The translations under genes were made by a program, and so were the position numbers. Shown in pieces: positions 60,608-64,000 of a DNA stretch of 64,000 nucleotides. The DNA lies in assembly GCA_021199335.1 (NCBI GenBank), contig JAJQIG010000038.1, positions 1,298 through 65,297 of the forward strand, read 5' to 3'. Origin of the DNA: Oscillospiraceae bacterium. GTDB taxonomy: Bacteria; Bacillota; Clostridia; Oscillospirales; Ruminococcaceae. Under the pieces are notes generated by a model that was given only the letters and a program-made list of their open reading frames with translations, made no database searches and had not been told where the DNA came from. Every line of letters begins with the position of its first letter. Position 1 is the first letter of the stretch.

Positions 60608-61737
60608 ATATTCCTATTATCAAAGCCGAAAATTTGTCCGTTGGATATGGTGGAAAAATAATCATAGGCGGGATAAATATTTCTTTTGAAAAGGGGAAAA
60701 TTATCACAATCATAGGTCCTAACGGAGCGGGTAAATCTACCCTCCTAAAGAGTATTTCCCGACAGCTTGAAACGCTCTGCGGAGCTGTTTTTATTGAGGG
60801 AGAAAACCTTGATCTGATAAAAAGAAATGAGCTTGCAAGGAAAATTTCTTTGCTTATGACATCTCGAACCGATACCGAGCTTATGACCTGTGAGGACGTC
60901 ATTGCCTCGGGACGGTTTCCCTACACGGGAAGATTTGGATTTCTTTCCGCTAATGATAAGGAAATTGTGCGGAACGCTATGATTCTTACATCGACCGAAT
61001 GCCTTGCCGAATGTGATTTTGATAAAATAAGCGATGGTCAGCGTCAGCGTGTTATGCTCGCAAGGGCAATATGCCAAGAGCCTGATATACTTATTCTTGA
61101 CGAACCGACATCGTATCTTGACATTCATCATAAGCTCGATTTTCTCGGAATAATTTCAAGGCTTGTCCGTGAGAATGGTATATCTGTGGTAATGTCGCTT
61201 CATGAGCTTGACCTTGCAATGCGTGTTTCCGATGAAATAATATGCGTGAATGAAAACGGCATAGATAAAGTCGGGACTCCCGAGGAAATATTCTCGAACG
61301 GATTTATAGAAAGACTTTATCACATTGAAAGCGGGAGCTTCAACACAGTTTCGGGAACAGCGGAGCTTAAACGAAATGAAGGCAGCCCCAAAATATTCGT
61401 TATTGGCGGAAATGGCAGCGGATGTAATGCTTATCGCAGGCTTCAAAGGGCGAATATCCCCTTTGCGGCGGGTGTCATTCATGAAAATGATATTGATTTT
61501 CCGATTGCAAAGGCTCTTGCGGCAAAGGTTGTTTCCGAAAAAGCATTTGAAAGCATTTCCGCCGAAAATGAGCGTGCGGCGGAGGAAATAATTGAGGGCT
61601 GCGGCAGGGTTATATGCTGCACGGAGCTTTTCGGCACATCAAATAAGGCAAATGAACGCCTTAAATTTTATGCCGGGCAGCTCGGGAAATTGTATTCTGA
61701 GGAGAGTGTGTTTAATGATACAGATATATTGCGGTGA
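60604..61737 (+). CDS. ABC transporter ATPase (BtuD/FepC-like) with a ~115-aa C-terminal extension
   Basis: GPNGAGKSTLL, SDGQRQRV and ILDEPTS. 377 aa total. Confidence 0.85.
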   Translation: MNIPIIKAENLSVGYGGKIIIGGINISFEKGKIITIIGPNGAGKSTLLKSISRQLETLCGAVFIEGENLDLIKRNELARKISLLMTSRTDTELMTCEDVIASGRFPYTGRFGFLSANDKEIVRNAMILTSTECLAECDFDKISDGQRQRVMLARAICQEPDILILDEPTSYLDIHHKLDFLGIISRLVRENGISVVMSLHELDLAMRVSDEIICVNENGIDKVGTPEEIFSNGFIERLYHIESGSFNTVSGTAELKRNEGSPKIFVIGGNGSGCNAYRRLQRANIPFAAGVIHENDIDFPIAKALAAKVVSEKAFESISAENERAAEEIIEGCGRVICCTELFGTSNKANERLKFYAGQLGKLYSEESVFNDTDILR

Positions 61738-62230
61738 CGGAAAGGGAAAAACAACTGCGGCGGTTGGGGCGGCTGTCCGTTTTGCGGGCTGCGGCGGAAG
61801 AGTTCTTTTTTCCCAATTCATGAAATCAGGAACATCATCCGAAATTTCAATCTTGAAAAGTATACAGAGCATTGACGTTTTCGAGGGCTACAGCGTTTCA
61901 AAATTTTCGTTTATGATGAATAAATCCGAAAGGGAGAAAGCTGCAATAGGCTTTTTGAAGCAGCTTGAGGATATTAAGAAGCTTTCCTGCGAAAATAATT
62001 ACGGAATGATAATTGCAGATGAGCTTGCCGTCTGCGTTTCGTGTGGATTTGTTCCCGAGGAGGAGGCAATCGAGTTCCTTAAAAATGTTCCCGCCGAAAC
62101 GGAGATAATTATTACGGGAAGAAACCCCTCCGAGAGCCTTTTGGGATATGCGGACTATGTTTCCGAAATTAAGAAAATAAAACACCCCTTTGATAGGGGT
62201 GTTGACGCACGAAGGGGTATTGAATTTTAA
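61715..62230 (+). CDS. cobO: Cob(I)yrinic acid a,c-diamide adenosyltransferase (CobO/BtuR type)
   Basis: MIQIYCGDGKGKTTAAVGAAVR...QFMK...DEL pattern. Confidence 0.85.
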   Translation: MIQIYCGDGKGKTTAAVGAAVRFAGCGGRVLFSQFMKSGTSSEISILKSIQSIDVFEGYSVSKFSFMMNKSEREKAAIGFLKQLEDIKKLSCENNYGMIIADELAVCVSCGFVPEEEAIEFLKNVPAETEIIITGRNPSESLLGYADYVSEIKKIKHPFDRGVDARRGIEF

Positions 62231-62249
62231 AAAGCGAAAGCCGCATAAA

Positions 62250-62879
62250 TTACCTTGCTTCCAACAGCAGCGCATTGCATATGGCTGCCGCAATGCCGCT
62301 TCCGCCCTTGTTGCCCTTTGCGACAATATAGGGAATTTCACTTTGCATAATAAGCTCCTTCGCTTCAACAACGTTTACAAATCCGACAGGAACACCGATA
62401 ATAAGCTTCGGTGTTATTTTTTTGTCCATTATAAGCTCGTAAAGCCTTATAAGCGCAGTGGGGGCGTTCCCAACCGCAATTATAACATCATTTTCCGCTC
62501 CGCAGGCTTTTTCCATGGAAACCATAGCCCTTGTTATCCCCCGTTTTGTCGCTTCTTCGGCGATATCTTCATCGGACATAAAGCATCGGGCGCATCCCCC
62601 AAATGAGGTAAGAAGCCTTTTATTTATCCCCGAAAGAGCCATATTTGTATCGGTAATAATATCCGCCCCGCCTTGCAGAGCTGCCTTGCCGATCGCCACG
62701 GCATTTTTGGAGAAAACAAGGTTATCGGCATAGTCAAAATCCGCCGATGTATGTATAACCCTTTTCAGTATAGGCTTCTGTTCGGGCGGAATATCTCTGC
62801 CTTTAATATGCTCTTCAATTATTTCAAAGCTGCGTTTTTCAATATCGGCAGGCTTTAGTATTTTAAAATCACAGTTCAT
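62250..62879 (-). CDS. cbiC: Cobalt-precorrin-8 methylmutase
   Basis: RVIHTSADFDY...AVGNAPTAL...IGVPVGFV motifs. ATG at 62879. Confidence 0.85.
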   Translation of the reverse strand: MNCDFKILKPADIEKRSFEIIEEHIKGRDIPPEQKPILKRVIHTSADFDYADNLVFSKNAVAIGKAALQGGADIITDTNMALSGINKRLLTSFGGCARCFMSDEDIAEEATKRGITRAMVSMEKACGAENDVIIAVGNAPTALIRLYELIMDKKITPKLIIGVPVGFVNVVEAKELIMQSEIPYIVAKGNKGGSGIAAAICNALLLEAR

Positions 62880-62895
62880 TTTATTATGACCCCTT

Positions 62896-63954
62896 TTATT
62901 TAAGAAGCTTGTATTGTTCAACGTTTGCTTGGGAAAAATAAGCCGTTTCGTTATATGCCGCAAGAGCAAAATCGAACAGCTTTGCGCCTATAACGCCGCC
63001 CGTTCCTTCGCCGAGGCACATTCCGCATTCAAGATATGCTTTAAGTCCCACAGCATCGAGCGCAATCCTTCCCGCCGGCTCTGCGGAGCAATGGGAGGCG
63101 AAAATATAATCCCTGCATAGGGGTTCAAGTCTTACTGCGCATAATGCCGCAACGGAGGAAATTAAGCCGTCAATTATAACGGGAATGTGGTATACCGCTC
63201 CTCCGATAAATGCTCCCGCCATTCCGCAAATATCAAATCCGCCGACCTTTGAAAGAACATCGATAACATCATCCTTATTCGGCGAATGAAGCTTAACAGC
63301 GTTTTTTATAACCTCGGCTTTGTGCTTCACTCCCTCTGAGGTAAGCCCCGCACCCCTGCCTGTTATCATTTCCGGGGGAACGCTTTCAAGCGCGGAAAGT
63401 ACTGCGCTTGATGTTGAAGTGTTGCCAATGCCCATTTCTCCCGTAATAATAAGATTATAACCCTCGTCTTTTTTTTGCTTGACAAGCTCTATTCCCGCAA
63501 TTATGGCATTTTCGGCCTGCTCCCTTGTCATGGCGGGCTCCCTCGCAAAATTTTTTGTGCCATAGGCAATTTTTCTGTTAATAATTCCGCCGCAGTCCAT
63601 ATCCTTAGCGATGCCAATGTCAATGGGGAAAACATCCGCCCCGCATTCGTATGCAAGGGAGTTTACCGTGGCTATCCCCCTAGTGAAATTTTCCGCAACA
63701 ATCGCTGTAACGTTGCTTTCCGATTGTGTAACCTTCTCCTCAACTATTCCGTTATCGGCGCAGAATATAAGAACAGCTTTCTTTCTCGGCGGAACGTCAC
63801 AGCTTTTCTCTATCCCCGCAAGCTTTATTACCATTTCCTCCAACCGCCCAAGGCTTCTTAGCGGCTTTGCTATACTATCCCATTTTTTTTGCGACTCCGC
63901 CATCGCCCTTTCATCGGCGGCGGTTATTTTTTTCAGATATTCATTAAGCCTCAT
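62896..63954 (-). CDS. cobT: Nicotinate-nucleotide--dimethylbenzimidazole phosphoribosyltransferase
   Basis: CADNGIVEE...TGEMGIGNTSTSSAV...; 352 aa. Confidence 0.9.
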   Translation of the reverse strand: MRLNEYLKKITAADERAMAESQKKWDSIAKPLRSLGRLEEMVIKLAGIEKSCDVPPRKKAVLIFCADNGIVEEKVTQSESNVTAIVAENFTRGIATVNSLAYECGADVFPIDIGIAKDMDCGGIINRKIAYGTKNFAREPAMTREQAENAIIAGIELVKQKKDEGYNLIITGEMGIGNTSTSSAVLSALESVPPEMITGRGAGLTSEGVKHKAEVIKNAVKLHSPNKDDVIDVLSKVGGFDICGMAGAFIGGAVYHIPVIIDGLISSVAALCAVRLEPLCRDYIFASHCSAEPAGRIALDAVGLKAYLECGMCLGEGTGGVIGAKLFDFALAAYNETAYFSQANVEQYKLLK

Positions 63955-64000
63955 TGCATCCCATCCTTTATTTCCGTTATGAGAGATATTATTTCTCCCA
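63951..64000 (-). CDS. 3' end of an unidentified upstream gene (probably another cob gene) whose stop overlaps the cobT start
   Basis: Open frame ...GEIISLITEIKDGMQ with a stop in an ATGA overlap. Too short to identify. Confidence 0.3.
   Translation of the reverse strand, partial: GEIISLITEIKDGMQ

Overview
The window looks like chromosomal DNA from a spore-forming, anaerobic Firmicute of class Clostridia. That assignment is an inference from gene content: spoIIE, hydEFG, glgBCDA with glgD, a CIRCE/hrcA-grpE-dnaK-dnaJ operon, and anaerobic cobalamin genes. Most of the window is housekeeping. It includes a ptsI fragment, rsmD-coaD, pncA/pncB NAD salvage, pyrG, a His-rich COG0523 metallochaperone, a YfhO glycosyltransferase, an ECF sigma/anti-sigma pair, spoIIE, the glycogen operon, two ABC exporters, an EF-G paralogue and the heat-shock operon. 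A cobalamin-riboswitch-controlled corrinoid uptake locus sits next to cobO, cbiC and cobT.

Five observations stand out:
1. Three dispersed copies of a ~135-nt plus-strand element end in a sequence that looks like a solitary type I-C CRISPR repeat (...GCGTGGATTGAAAC). There is no array and no cas gene in the window.
2. A ~145-nt GC-rich multi-hairpin element occurs in two ~90% identical copies. Both lie just 5' of a start codon, in the leaders of hydG and of a small-membrane-protein/TetR operon. They are in inverse orientation, 41 kb apart.
3. A soluble [FeFe]-hydrogenase-like sensor is fused to a methyl-accepting chemotaxis signalling domain. It is clustered with a TM1266-type regulator and the HydE/G/F maturases.
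4. The anti-sigma factor gene is split by a frameshift at a T7 run.
5. The B12 riboswitch operon starts with an exported CbiK-like lipoprotein and a lipoprotein of unknown function built from two tandem repeats.

I found no rRNA, tRNA, transposase or CRISPR array. All family assignments come from reading the translations by eye, not from database searches.
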